IMG/VR virus record: IMGVR_UViG_3300047297_000301
Coordinates: 1-64,000 of that record
Strand: one strand, 5' to 3'
DNA: 64,000 nucleotides
Origin: a virus
Shown piece by piece: positions 1 through 9,300 of this stretch. Under the pieces are notes generated by a model. That model had not been told where the DNA came from. It did not search any database and worked only from the letters and a program-made list of their open reading frames with translations. Both the position numbers and the translations under genes were made by a program. Positions within the stretch are counted from its first letter, which is position 1, and every line of letters begins with the position of its first letter.

Positions 1-2
1 CC

Positions 3-1508
3 GCAAATCAAAACACATTATTTAGTCTCTCTAAGTCGTTTGAAAACGACGAAGAATTTAAATCTTTCAAAATGCAGTTTGCACCCAAAAGCGAATCAGC
101 TAAAGGGCTAGAATCCTCTACGGAAGCAAGCAGCGAAGTCAAAAAGGAAATGGAAATGGATCCAAAACAATTAGAACAAATGTTAGCTGATGCAGCTAGC
201 AAAGCGGCTGAGCAAACTGCAAAAGCCATTGTCGAGTCACAAGCAAAAGCATTAGCTGACAAAGCTGCTGCTGATAAAGCCGAAGCTGAATTAGATGCAC
301 GCGTTAAAGCCGCTGTTGCTTCTATCTCTACTGTGGACACAGGTGCTGAGAAGCTCTTGGCCGAAGTTGAGAAGCGTTTAGCATCTGCTGAAGAGTCTAG
401 CAAATCAGTTATCGCTGGTTTAGAAGCCTCTTTAAAAGAGAAAGCTTCAGAAATCGAAGCAATCACAAAATCAAAAATGTCTTTCCAAGAAGCCAAAGAC
501 GGTATGTCTTATGGTGACAAAGAGAAGGCAGTTTTCTTAGCTAAAATGGCTGGCAAATCAATTGACGGTACACGTCTTGGCCGCGATTTAGTGCAAAAAT
601 ACGGTGCTCACGTGCCTTCAGCTACATGGGAACTCGAAGTTTCTTTGAACCTTGAATCTGAAGTTCGTCGTCGCTTAGTTGTTGCTCCTATTTTCCGCAA
701 CATTGCTATGCAAACCAACGTTATGACCATTCCAGTGAATCCAGAAGCAGGAACTGCTACTTGGGTTACTAACGCTGAGTTTGGCGCCGTTCCTGCTACC
801 CTTGGTGCAGCCGGTCCTTCAGCTGGTGGCAATGCTACCCACACCCTCAAAGAAATCACTTTGAATGCATATAAACTTGCCACAAACGAGTATACAGCAT
901 ACGAAGAAGAAGAAGATTCTTTGTTGGCTTTGATGCCAATCATTCGTGATGGTATGGTTCGTCGTGTTGCTCGCGCCGTTGACAAGGCTTTCTTGTTAGG
1001 TGCAGGTTCTGGTTCTGATCCCGTTAAAGGATTGAGCATCTGGGCTGCTAACACTACTGCTACTGGTAACACTGTTGCTGCTGGCATGAACGTTGCTAAG
1101 TTGCGCACATTGCGTCAAGGTTTGGGTGCTTGGGGTCTGGATCCCGCAGAAGTAATTTATATCATTAATACTGATACATATTACCAATTGCTGGAAGACA
1201 CAACCTTCCAAACCATGAACCAAGTTGGCTCACAAGCTACATTGTTGACTGGTCAAATCGGTCAAATCGGTGGAAGCCCAGTGTTGGTCTCTGCAGAGTT
1301 TGCTTCACCAGGTACTGGTATTGCAGGCGCTATTGCAGTCAACCCAGGCAACTTTATCGTTGGTAACCAGCGCGGTCTCCGCATCGATACCCAAGAATTA
1401 GTTGAAACACAACGTCGCGTTATGGTGGCTAGCCTCCGTACCGGTATGACACGTGTTACTACTAACTTAGGTAACGCTGTTACAGCACACAAGTACACAG
1501 CAACCTGA
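3..1508 (+). CDS. Major capsid protein (HK97 fold, T5 pb8-like) in frame with the C-terminus of the prohead protease (5'-partial); capsid start probably ATG 156 (or 150)
   Basis: Frame is open from base 3 (ANQNTLFSLSKSF..., like the end of the T5 prohead protease). SD-like AAGGA lies just upstream of ATG 156. Ala/Glu/Lys coiled-coil delta domain, then capsid motifs (YKLATNEYTAYEEEEDSL, RAVDKAFLLG, TGQIGQIGGSPV). Followed by a terminator. Confidence 0.92.
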   Translation, partial: ANQNTLFSLSKSFENDEEFKSFKMQFAPKSESAKGLESSTEASSEVKKEMEMDPKQLEQMLADAASKAAEQTAKAIVESQAKALADKAAADKAEAELDARVKAAVASISTVDTGAEKLLAEVEKRLASAEESSKSVIAGLEASLKEKASEIEAITKSKMSFQEAKDGMSYGDKEKAVFLAKMAGKSIDGTRLGRDLVQKYGAHVPSATWELEVSLNLESEVRRRLVVAPIFRNIAMQTNVMTIPVNPEAGTATWVTNAEFGAVPATLGAAGPSAGGNATHTLKEITLNAYKLATNEYTAYEEEEDSLLALMPIIRDGMVRRVARAVDKAFLLGAGSGSDPVKGLSIWAANTTATGNTVAAGMNVAKLRTLRQGLGAWGLDPAEVIYIINTDTYYQLLEDTTFQTMNQVGSQATLLTGQIGQIGGSPVLVSAEFASPGTGIAGAIAVNPGNFIVGNQRGLRIDTQELVETQRRVMVASLRTGMTRVTTNLGNAVTAHKYTAT

Positions 1509-1526
1509 TCTGCTAGTGTAATTGTT

Positions 1527-1552
1527 AACAAGACCCTTCGGGGTCTTGTTTT
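1527..1552 (+). terminator. Intrinsic terminator after capsid gene (cUUCGg loop)
   Basis: AACAAGACCC-TTCG-GGGTCTTGTT-TT. Confidence 0.85.
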
Positions 1553-1579
1553 ATAAAGGTATTATGTACCTTTATAAAA
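1549..1579. repeat. 13-bp perfect inverted repeat directly after the capsid terminator
   Basis: TTTTATAAAGGTA-TTATG-TACCTTTATAAAA. Confidence 0.8.
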
Positions 1580-1593
1580 CAAGCGAGGTATTT

Positions 1594-2160
1594 ATGGCAA
1601 CAAATTTAGTAACAAAAGCAGAATACAAAGCTTACATGGGAATTAGTAGTACAAACTCTGACACAGAAATTGATTTCTTAATACCCAAAGTTAGCGATTT
1701 AGTAAAAACATATTGCCGTCGTACTTTCATTGATTTTTACGACGAGGCTAAAACAGAAGTGTTTGATGGTGGCTTCAAACAGATCATATTAAAAGAAACT
1801 CCAGTAGTTACAGTTAACTCAGTTGCTTATAGTGCTGACTACGGTAAGACATACACTAATCTAGTAAAGTTTACAGACTACGTAGCACGTGATGACTATG
1901 TACTTAGCTTAAGCCCAGCCGGATTCCCAGAACAAATTAACGGATACAAAGTAGTTTATTTTGCAGGTTACGAAGTAATCCCTAGTGATCTAAAATTAGC
2001 CGTATTAGATTTAGTAGAGTACTACTCACGCAATAATGGTGCTGTACACAGTACTCGTGACTTAAATCCTAATACAACACAAATTAATTATGTTGCTTCC
2101 AGTAACTTCCCAGCAGCGATCAAACGTGTGTTAGATCAATATATGGCGGACTTTACATGA
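1594..2160 (+). CDS. Head completion / head-tail connector protein (T5 p144-like)
   Basis: GAGG SD before ATG 1594. LVTKAEYKAYMGI...VKTYCRR...PSDLKLAVLDLVEYY is a gp6-like connector pattern. Synteny with T5. Confidence 0.85.
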   Translation: MATNLVTKAEYKAYMGISSTNSDTEIDFLIPKVSDLVKTYCRRTFIDFYDEAKTEVFDGGFKQIILKETPVVTVNSVAYSADYGKTYTNLVKFTDYVARDDYVLSLSPAGFPEQINGYKVVYFAGYEVIPSDLKLAVLDLVEYYSRNNGAVHSTRDLNPNTTQINYVASSNFPAAIKRVLDQYMADFT

Positions 2161-3620
2161 GTATAGCAGACTTTAGTAAAACTATACAAAGTCAAATTTA
2201 TAAAAGCTGGTTGGAAAAGCTAGATAAGAATATTATTACTAACTCAGCAAGAAGTTTGCGCGCAAGCCAGCAAGTTTCAGGTAAGACTGATTTCTATCTT
2301 ACAGAACAGACTGTACAAAATATGTACAAGACTATTACTGGTAAAGAAATGGATAATGCAGAAGTAGATGTTTTACTATATAGCTTGAAACAAGGTGGAG
2401 CAGGATCAGTACCAGGTACATTTACTACAGTTAATGGAAGTAAAGCCGTAGTATTTAAGTCCATAGGATTTGATACTATTAGTTCTAGGTTAGTAGACGT
2501 TTTTGAAAATGACTACTTAGTACAAGAAGCATATCGTAAAGCTGAAGAAAAATATATTACTGGTGAAATAGCAGAGCTTAATAAACGTACCGATTTAAAA
2601 GGTAAGGCCAAACAAATTGAAATAGATAAGATTGAAGCAGAAGGTAAACGTAGAGCTTCTTTTGGATACTATTTTAACAAAGGTCACGTTATAGGTGTTG
2701 CCACTAATCTAACAAAAGAATTTAGAAATAACTTAGATAAAGCAGATGCATTGTCTAAAAAAGAACGTACTGCTTTAGTTAATGTACTAGATCAATATAT
2801 TGCTAAGTTGGAAGCAGACGATTTAAATAGTGCTAATCTACCTAATGCTGTTAATCAAGAATTTTATGCAGGGTATATAAAGTCTAGTAGTAAGTATCTT
2901 GTAGAAATACAATGTGCTGTTAAAAATCAAGGATCTGGTCGTGATCAAACATCGCCAGTATTAGATGAGCTAAGAAAAGTATTTTCAGTTAATACTAAAG
3001 ATATAACTGACATTCTAACTAAATCACCAACACTAGGTAAAGCACTAATAAATACCAAAGGTTCTTCTAGTTTTAAAGATCTAGTTGTAAAAGATATGTT
3101 AAATATCCTTACTGGTAGTAAGTTAGATACTAAACAATACAAACAACCTCCAAAACTTATTGGTAAAAAAACTACTCAGATAAATAAACCAAAAAGTAAT
3201 AAGACTAAAATACAGACTCTTAAAAAATTAAAGAGTAAGGTACAAGCAACAAAATCTGATACTAATAAAATCAGAGAAATGCCACAAATAACACAGACTG
3301 TACCTAATCTATTAGCCCTAATAAATACTCAACTTCAAGATGTAATTAGTGCAAATATGGGAGACGGCTCAAGCCGTAATGTTTTAAATTACCGTACAGG
3401 TAGATTTGCTAGTACTGTCAACGTAGAGTATTTAAGTACCAGCAGAGAAGGAATGATTAGTGCCTTTTATTCTTATATGAAAAATCCGTATGCAACGTTT
3501 AGTGCCGGAGGTCGTCAATCAGCACCTAGTAGCAGAGACCCTAAATTACTAATCTCTAGATCAATTAGACAGATTGCAGAACAAGTAGTAAGTAATAAAT
3601 TAAGGGCGGTAGCATTATGA
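2157..3620 (+). CDS. Tail completion protein (T5 p143-like C-terminus, long N-terminal extension)
   Basis: C-terminal LNYRTGRFA...Y.YM..PY..F...RDPK.LI..SIR motif; lies between connector and tail terminator. Confidence 0.7.
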   Translation: MSIADFSKTIQSQIYKSWLEKLDKNIITNSARSLRASQQVSGKTDFYLTEQTVQNMYKTITGKEMDNAEVDVLLYSLKQGGAGSVPGTFTTVNGSKAVVFKSIGFDTISSRLVDVFENDYLVQEAYRKAEEKYITGEIAELNKRTDLKGKAKQIEIDKIEAEGKRRASFGYYFNKGHVIGVATNLTKEFRNNLDKADALSKKERTALVNVLDQYIAKLEADDLNSANLPNAVNQEFYAGYIKSSSKYLVEIQCAVKNQGSGRDQTSPVLDELRKVFSVNTKDITDILTKSPTLGKALINTKGSSSFKDLVVKDMLNILTGSKLDTKQYKQPPKLIGKKTTQINKPKSNKTKIQTLKKLKSKVQATKSDTNKIREMPQITQTVPNLLALINTQLQDVISANMGDGSSRNVLNYRTGRFASTVNVEYLSTSREGMISAFYSYMKNPYATFSAGGRQSAPSSRDPKLLISRSIRQIAEQVVSNKLRAVAL

Positions 3621-4057
3621 CAAGAAGAATAAGCGTTGTAAAAGCCTTAGCTGAAAAGTTTAAAATAATTGACGGTACTGGTAGTTTCAAAACTAATTTA
3701 TTTGATAATAGCTACCCCAAGCTTAAATTTTGGGATGAAGTACAGGATTTTCCTTGCGTGTATCTTACCGCAGGTACAGAAATCAGAGAGTATATGCCCA
3801 GTGATTTTACATGGGGCTTTTTAAACGTAAGCATCAAGGTATATGTTCGCAGTGAAAGCGAAGCGCAGCAACTGTTAGAAGACTTACTTGACGACTTAGA
3901 AAAAGTAATTCACGACAACCGTGTATTAGTATATGATACTACTAATAACTTATCAACAACTGAAATATTAATTCAGTCAATAACTACCGATGAAGGGCTA
4001 CTAGCTCCTTATGGTGTCGGTGAAATCAACGTACAAGTGCGCTACGCATTGGTATAA
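3617..4057 (+). CDS. Tail terminator protein (T5 p142-like)
   Basis: LKFWDEVQDFP...SITTDEGLLAPYGVGEI motifs; synteny. Confidence 0.85.
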   Translation: MTRRISVVKALAEKFKIIDGTGSFKTNLFDNSYPKLKFWDEVQDFPCVYLTAGTEIREYMPSDFTWGFLNVSIKVYVRSESEAQQLLEDLLDDLEKVIHDNRVLVYDTTNNLSTTEILIQSITTDEGLLAPYGVGEINVQVRYALV

Positions 4058-4140
4058 CTCTCGGAATTAAGCAAGCACGACAACAGATAAATATCTAGTT
4101 AAGGTGCTTAAATATTTCCAAAAATCATAAAGGAAAGAGT

Positions 4141-5337
4141 ATGGCATTAAATTTACTACGTAATAGTCGAGTTTTTTACACGACTAATTTAAATAGCTCA
4201 GGACAGGTGGCTTTAAGTGGTCACACTGCCTCAACAACACGAGAACTCCAAGTTTTGGACGGCTTCTCTTTTTCACAAAACACAGGTCAAGAAACAGTTA
4301 CTGTTAATGAAGCAGGTGCTGCACCTATTCGTGGTCAACGTAGTTTTAATACTTCGTTAGAACCAGTAGATTGGAGTTTTAGTACCTATATTCGCCCTAA
4401 GTTTAACGAAGGCACTACAAGTTTGACAGCGCTTGACTCAGACGACAAAGTTGACGCAGAAGAATATGTAATGTGGAACTCGATGGCTAGCGCTACAGGT
4501 AATGGTTGGACACAAACTGCAGCCATTGCAGGATCACCAGGAACAGCGCCTTTTTCAACAGTAGCTTTCACAAATTCAAACGTACACCAACTCCAAGCTT
4601 TTGGCTTGATTATTCAGTTTGAAGATGTTACTTATGTAATCGATAATTGCGCGATTGATTCAGCAACTATCGACTTTGGTTTAGATGCTATTGCTGCTAT
4701 TGCATGGGCTGGAAAAGGCACTGAGATGCGTCAATTGCCTACAACTTTAACAATCTCAGGTGCGGGTTCAGTTACTGGTGGTGGATTTACAGGAACAAAT
4801 GATTTCCAGCAAAAAGATACCTCAGCACGTTACATTGCTAACAAACTGTCTACAATGACACTGGCGTCTCAGACTTTTGGTGGATTAACTGGAACAAGTT
4901 ATGGTAATATTGCTATCACTGGCGGTAATGTAACAATCAGTAATAACTTAACATATTTAACACCTGCAAATTTAGGTGTTGTTAATGTTCCTATTACTTA
5001 TTTTACAGGTACTCGTTCTGTTACGGCTAATGTAACTTGTTATTTAAAAACAGGTACAGGTACCAGTGCCGAATTGCTTAAAGATATGTTAGCAGCTAGT
5101 TCAAGCAGTACTTCTAACAAATTTGAAGCTATAATTAAAGTAGGCGGTAACAACGATACTCGCTTTGAAATTGCTATGCCAACCACTCAGTTGACTATTC
5201 CTGCAATTACTTCTGAGCAGATTATTTCTACTTCAATTACTATGACTGCTCAAGGTTCTACTACTGGAACTGCTACTGGCGGATACGATCTTGAAGCCAA
5301 GAACGAAGTTACACTTAAGTATTACGCAGCGGCTTAA
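4141..5337 (+). CDS. Major tail tube protein (T5 pb6-like, no obvious C-terminal Ig domain)
   Basis: MALNLLRNSRVF; ELQVLDGFSFSQ; RGQRSFNTSLEPVDWSFSTYIRP; LTYLTPANLG; FTGTRSVT; followed by a terminator. Confidence 0.92.
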   Translation: MALNLLRNSRVFYTTNLNSSGQVALSGHTASTTRELQVLDGFSFSQNTGQETVTVNEAGAAPIRGQRSFNTSLEPVDWSFSTYIRPKFNEGTTSLTALDSDDKVDAEEYVMWNSMASATGNGWTQTAAIAGSPGTAPFSTVAFTNSNVHQLQAFGLIIQFEDVTYVIDNCAIDSATIDFGLDAIAAIAWAGKGTEMRQLPTTLTISGAGSVTGGGFTGTNDFQQKDTSARYIANKLSTMTLASQTFGGLTGTSYGNIAITGGNVTISNNLTYLTPANLGVVNVPITYFTGTRSVTANVTCYLKTGTGTSAELLKDMLAASSSSTSNKFEAIIKVGGNNDTRFEIAMPTTQLTIPAITSEQIISTSITMTAQGSTTGTATGGYDLEAKNEVTLKYYAAA

Positions 5338-5356
5338 TTAGCTACTGCATTTTCAC

Positions 5357-5388
5357 AGAGACTGGGTTGATCTCCAGTCTCTCTTTTT
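5357..5388 (+). terminator. Intrinsic terminator after tail tube gene
   Basis: AGAGACTGG-8 nt-CCAGTCTCT-CTTTTT. Confidence 0.8.
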
Positions 5389-5406
5389 CAAAAATATTAT
5401 TATAAA

Positions 5407-5826
5407 ATGACTACTCTCTCTTTAAAAACACTGTTAGTTCCTTCTAAATCAGTTCAGGTTGAATATCCTGGAATGCCTGGTTTTGTAGTTGATTTGGCAT
5501 TTTTATCTCGCGAAACGCTTTTGTCGATTCGTAAGAAATCTACAAAAACCAGCTTTAAAAACCGTCAAGCTTCTGAAGAATTCAACGAAGATTTATTTCT
5601 ACAACTTTATGTTGAAGCAGCTATAAAAGGCTGGAGTGGATTTAAATTATCTTATCTAGAGCAACTTGCTCCAGTTGATTTAACTGGTAAAGATCTCGAT
5701 TCCGAACTAGGATATACTGCTGAAAATGCACTGTACTTAATGAAAAATTCAAGTAACTTTGACGCTTTTATTAGTGAACAGGTATCTGACCTGGGAAACT
5801 TTTCAACGACCAACTCCACCAAGTAA
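5407..5826 (+). CDS. Tail assembly chaperone (gpG-like)
   Basis: Lies between tail tube and tape measure; ends near an in-frame G GGA AAC slippery site. Confidence 0.85.
   Translation: MTTLSLKTLLVPSKSVQVEYPGMPGFVVDLAFLSRETLLSIRKKSTKTSFKNRQASEEFNEDLFLQLYVEAAIKGWSGFKLSYLEQLAPVDLTGKDLDSELGYTAENALYLMKNSSNFDAFISEQVSDLGNFSTTNSTK
5793..5799 (+). other. Programmed -1 ribosomal frameshift site (G GGA AAC)
   Basis: X XXY YYZ heptamer in the correct phase (ctG GGA AAC). The -1 frame is open from 5793 into the 5835..6185 ORF. Confidence 0.88.
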
Positions 5827-6185
5827 ACGGGCAGTTGGTCAACTACTTTCAAAATATGAGCGTTGGCATGACCAAAGACGCATATTTTGAAATGTGCGAA
5901 GCGCTAGGTAACGAACCGCTAGAGTCTGAAGTTCCAGTTGATTTTGAAGACTTTCCGCTAGAAGTACAACAGGCGTTTAACGCCTATAAAATGCTCCGTG
6001 ACGAATGGGATACCATGAGTGGTAGCTATTTAGGTAAATCCTTGATAGGTATTAAAGACATTTTAGAAGCAACAGAGATTGACGTTTCTGAACATAAACT
6101 TGTAATTATGCTTATACGTATAATTGATAATGTAAGATCAGAAGAGATCAATAATAAGAAAAAGATGCAAGAGCCCGCTAGCTAA
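5793..6185 (+). CDS. Tail assembly chaperone C-terminal extension (gpT-like), reached by -1 frameshift
   Basis: MTKDAYFEMCEALG..P...P...EDFP..VQ motif; no strong own start codon. Confidence 0.8.
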   Translation, partial: GKLFNDQLHQVNGQLVNYFQNMSVGMTKDAYFEMCEALGNEPLESEVPVDFEDFPLEVQQAFNAYKMLRDEWDTMSGSYLGKSLIGIKDILEATEIDVSEHKLVIMLIRIIDNVRSEEINNKKKMQEPAS

Positions 6186-6203
6186 AAATTAGCGGGCTTT
6201 TTT
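6172..6203 (+). terminator. Intrinsic terminator
   Basis: AGCCCGCTA-9 nt-TAGCGGGCT-TTTTT. Confidence 0.85.
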
Positions 6204-6222
6204 GCGTTAAAAATTTTTTGGT

Positions 6223-6251
6223 TTGACAAAAGAGTGCTCACATGTTATAAT
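6223..6251 (+). promoter_or_regulatory. Consensus sigma70 promoter upstream of tape measure gene
   Basis: TTGACA-N17-TATAAT with extended -10 TG. Confidence 0.9.
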
Positions 6252-6304
6252 GGTCTCTAGTTAAATTATCAAAAAATTTTGATAATATACGAATAGGAGT
6301 ATGC

Positions 6305-9300
6305 ATGGCTAATAATGATACCGCTGTATTATATATTAAACTATCCGACCTTGGCACTATTAGTGCCAGTCACAAGGATTTAAAGGCTTTCAAAGGAACT
6401 TTTGATTCACTTCAAAAGGATATGAATAGACCTGCTGGTAAAGGTAAAGGCGGTTGGAAAAACGCCATGATGGGTAGCAACGAATATGATGTTGCCAGGG
6501 GTAGTGCCGGGGCAACGGGTGCATCTGGCCGAGACTTTGCAAATCAAGCTCGAGGGCTTGATGGATTAGTGCGCTTATACGCTACTTATGCAGCTAATTT
6601 ATTTGCGGCTGGTGCTGCTTTTCGCGCATTAAGTAACGCAGCAGATACTACTAATATGATCAAAGGTATGGATCAGTTAGGTGCTTCAAGCGGGCAAGCT
6701 CTTGGTACTATTGCTAAAAGATTAGTAAGTGTTACTGATGGCGCTATTAGTATGCGCGAATCTATTGAAGCTACTACTAAAGGTACTGCTGCAGGACTGT
6801 CATCAAAGCAAATGGAACAGCTGGGTATGGTAGCGAATAAAGCCTCTAAAGCACTAGGCGTCGCCATGCCAGACGCTATTAGTCGTTTAACACGCGGTAT
6901 TAGTAAACTCGAGCCTGAACTGTTAGACGAACTGGGTTTGTTTACAAAAATAGGTCCTGCTACAGAAAACTATGCTCGTAGTATAGGTAAAACCGCTAAC
7001 AGCTTAAGTGATTTTGAAAGACGTCAAGCGTTTGCTACAGCAGTATTAAAAGAAGGCTTAGACAAGTTTAGTGCTATTGATGTAAGCGCAAATCCTTATG
7101 ATAGGCTGTTAGCTAGTTTACAGAACTTAGGCCAAGGGGCTTTAGAAGTAGTAAACAAAGTACTAACACCGTTAGTCAATGTATTAACACAAAACCCTAC
7201 CGCTTTGTTAGCGGTTATTGCAGCAATTGGAGCGTCAATACTTAAAAGCGCGATACCTGCATTGGGCCAGTATCGTCAAAATTTACAAAATGCAGCCAAC
7301 GAAAGCCGAATGGTTTTCACCAAGATATATAGTGATCAACAAGAAAAACTCGGAGCCTTAGCGGATAGTGCAGGCGCAGCAGCAGCTGAAGCGTATAAAA
7401 AAGGTGCACCTACAATAGCTAAAATTGCCGAATTAGAAAAGTCTGCCAAAGGTTTTTCTAAAGGACGTAAAGATTTTGCAGCACTAGCAGGAAAAGATCC
7501 GTTTGCTATTACGCCTGAAGAAATCAAATCTTTAGAAAATCGTGCAAGATACTTAAAAGGTAGAAATGACGCTGAAGCACAAGCGCTTACCTTACACCTT
7601 GGAAAATTAAAAGCAATACGTGCGGGGGCAGCCGCAGCTTTTGATACAGCTTCTGAAGGTCTTATTAAAGGTACTGAGCCAGGGTATACTACACCAGGCT
7701 CTAACGATATTATAAATAAACGCACATTAAATAAATTAGCCTCAGAAAGTATTAGATCTACAACTGCAGAAACTCAAGCTATCTATGGTTCTAGAGCCGC
7801 ATACGCTAAATTAAATGAACAGATTGCTCTTGCTCGTGATAACAAGTTAAAGATAATTACTCGTTATGATGAAGAAGGTAAAGCAGTAGTAGAGAGTACT
7901 GGCAAAATGGGTAAACTTCAAGCAGGCTATACTCGCGTTGCAGGTGTAGTTGGTATTGTTGGACAAAAGATAGGTTCCTTGATAAGTGCTTTTGGTATTT
8001 ACGGAATTGTAGCTGGTGTAGTACTTCAAGCTTTAAGCATGCTTGATTCTGCGTTCTCTAAGGTAGGTAAACAAACAGAAGACTTCAATAAAGCTTTAGA
8101 CGGTAGTAAAGATGCTGTAGATAATGTTACCAGAACTTTAGATACTTTAAATAGGAAAGGCTCTTCTTCTACAATAAGTGGAATTTCTGCCCTATCTAAC
8201 GCAATGAATGAACTTACGTCGGCTACAGATGGTTCTGTAGACGCTGCTGAAAAATTAAAACAAGCTATTGCAGCAGGTGGTTGGTATGACGAACTACGTG
8301 AGTCAGTTCTAGGAATATTTGGAAAAGACGTAGATACTCAGTTAGCAAAAACACTTGCAGCTAGTTTACAAAGTACCCGTACTATACTACGTAGAACTGA
8401 TATCGGCTCAGATACTGATCAAAAATTAAAAGATGTTCTAGGAGTTGAAGAACTAGATATAAAAAGTGTTACTGAAGCTTTTAAATCAGGCAAGATTACA
8501 GTAGATAAGTACTTACAAATTCAAAAGATGTTAAATACTGCTTTAGGCAACAGTAGTAGTAAATTAAACGCTTTTAAAACAGCTACTGAAAATTCTAATA
8601 AAGCATACCAAGAGTTTATTCAATCAACTGCTAACACTAATCCATTATTTAAATTGGGTTCAAGTTTACAAGAAGTATCTATTGCAATGGGTGATACGCT
8701 TAAAGGAGGTGTTGACAGTCTAAATGCTGCGTTTAATGACTTAACGAATAATCCAGAAAAAGCAGCTTTATTTGGCGAAGCTTTTGTTAATTCGTTTGTA
8801 GCAATACGTACAGAGTTTAAGAGTACTTTTGATGCAGTAGCCAAAAACAGAGACGTGATGGCACAGTACCAAGGCAAAATTGAAGATGCTCAAAAAGCTT
8901 TAAAAGATTTACAAGAAAATAGTAAAGGTATATTTGCACTGCCTGGTCGAAACCAAATACAACAAGAGAAAAAAGCAGAAAAAAATCTTGAAAACTTACT
9001 AAGATCTCAAACCGAAGATGCAATGGTTATAGATACCTCTGTGTTTATCAAAGCAAGAGCTTTATTTGTAAGTGGCGTAGGAGCCGCTTTTTCAGAAGGT
9101 GCAAAAATTATTGATAAAGCACTTGGTCAAGCCAGTGCTAAGGCTGCATTAACTTTAGCTCAGGCACGTTCTGGAGCACTAAGCGGCGAACGTGCAGCAC
9201 TTGAGTCTGCTAGACTAAAAGACGAAGAGTTAAAAATACAACTAGCGGCTGTAGACCTGAACATGGAGCTAATAGGTAGTCAGGAACGCTTGATAGCAAG

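Noticed and set aside
8-1531. Antisense ORFs opposite the capsid gene (and similar ones opposite other large genes)
   Set aside because: Expected from codon bias of the sense gene; no SD or motifs.
1522-1593. ORF-track upstream starts (1522, 33691, 39786, 41732, 45656, 47155, 50649, 52437, 59046, 63866)
   Set aside because: They run through terminators or upstream genes; downstream starts with an SD or stop/start overlap were preferred.
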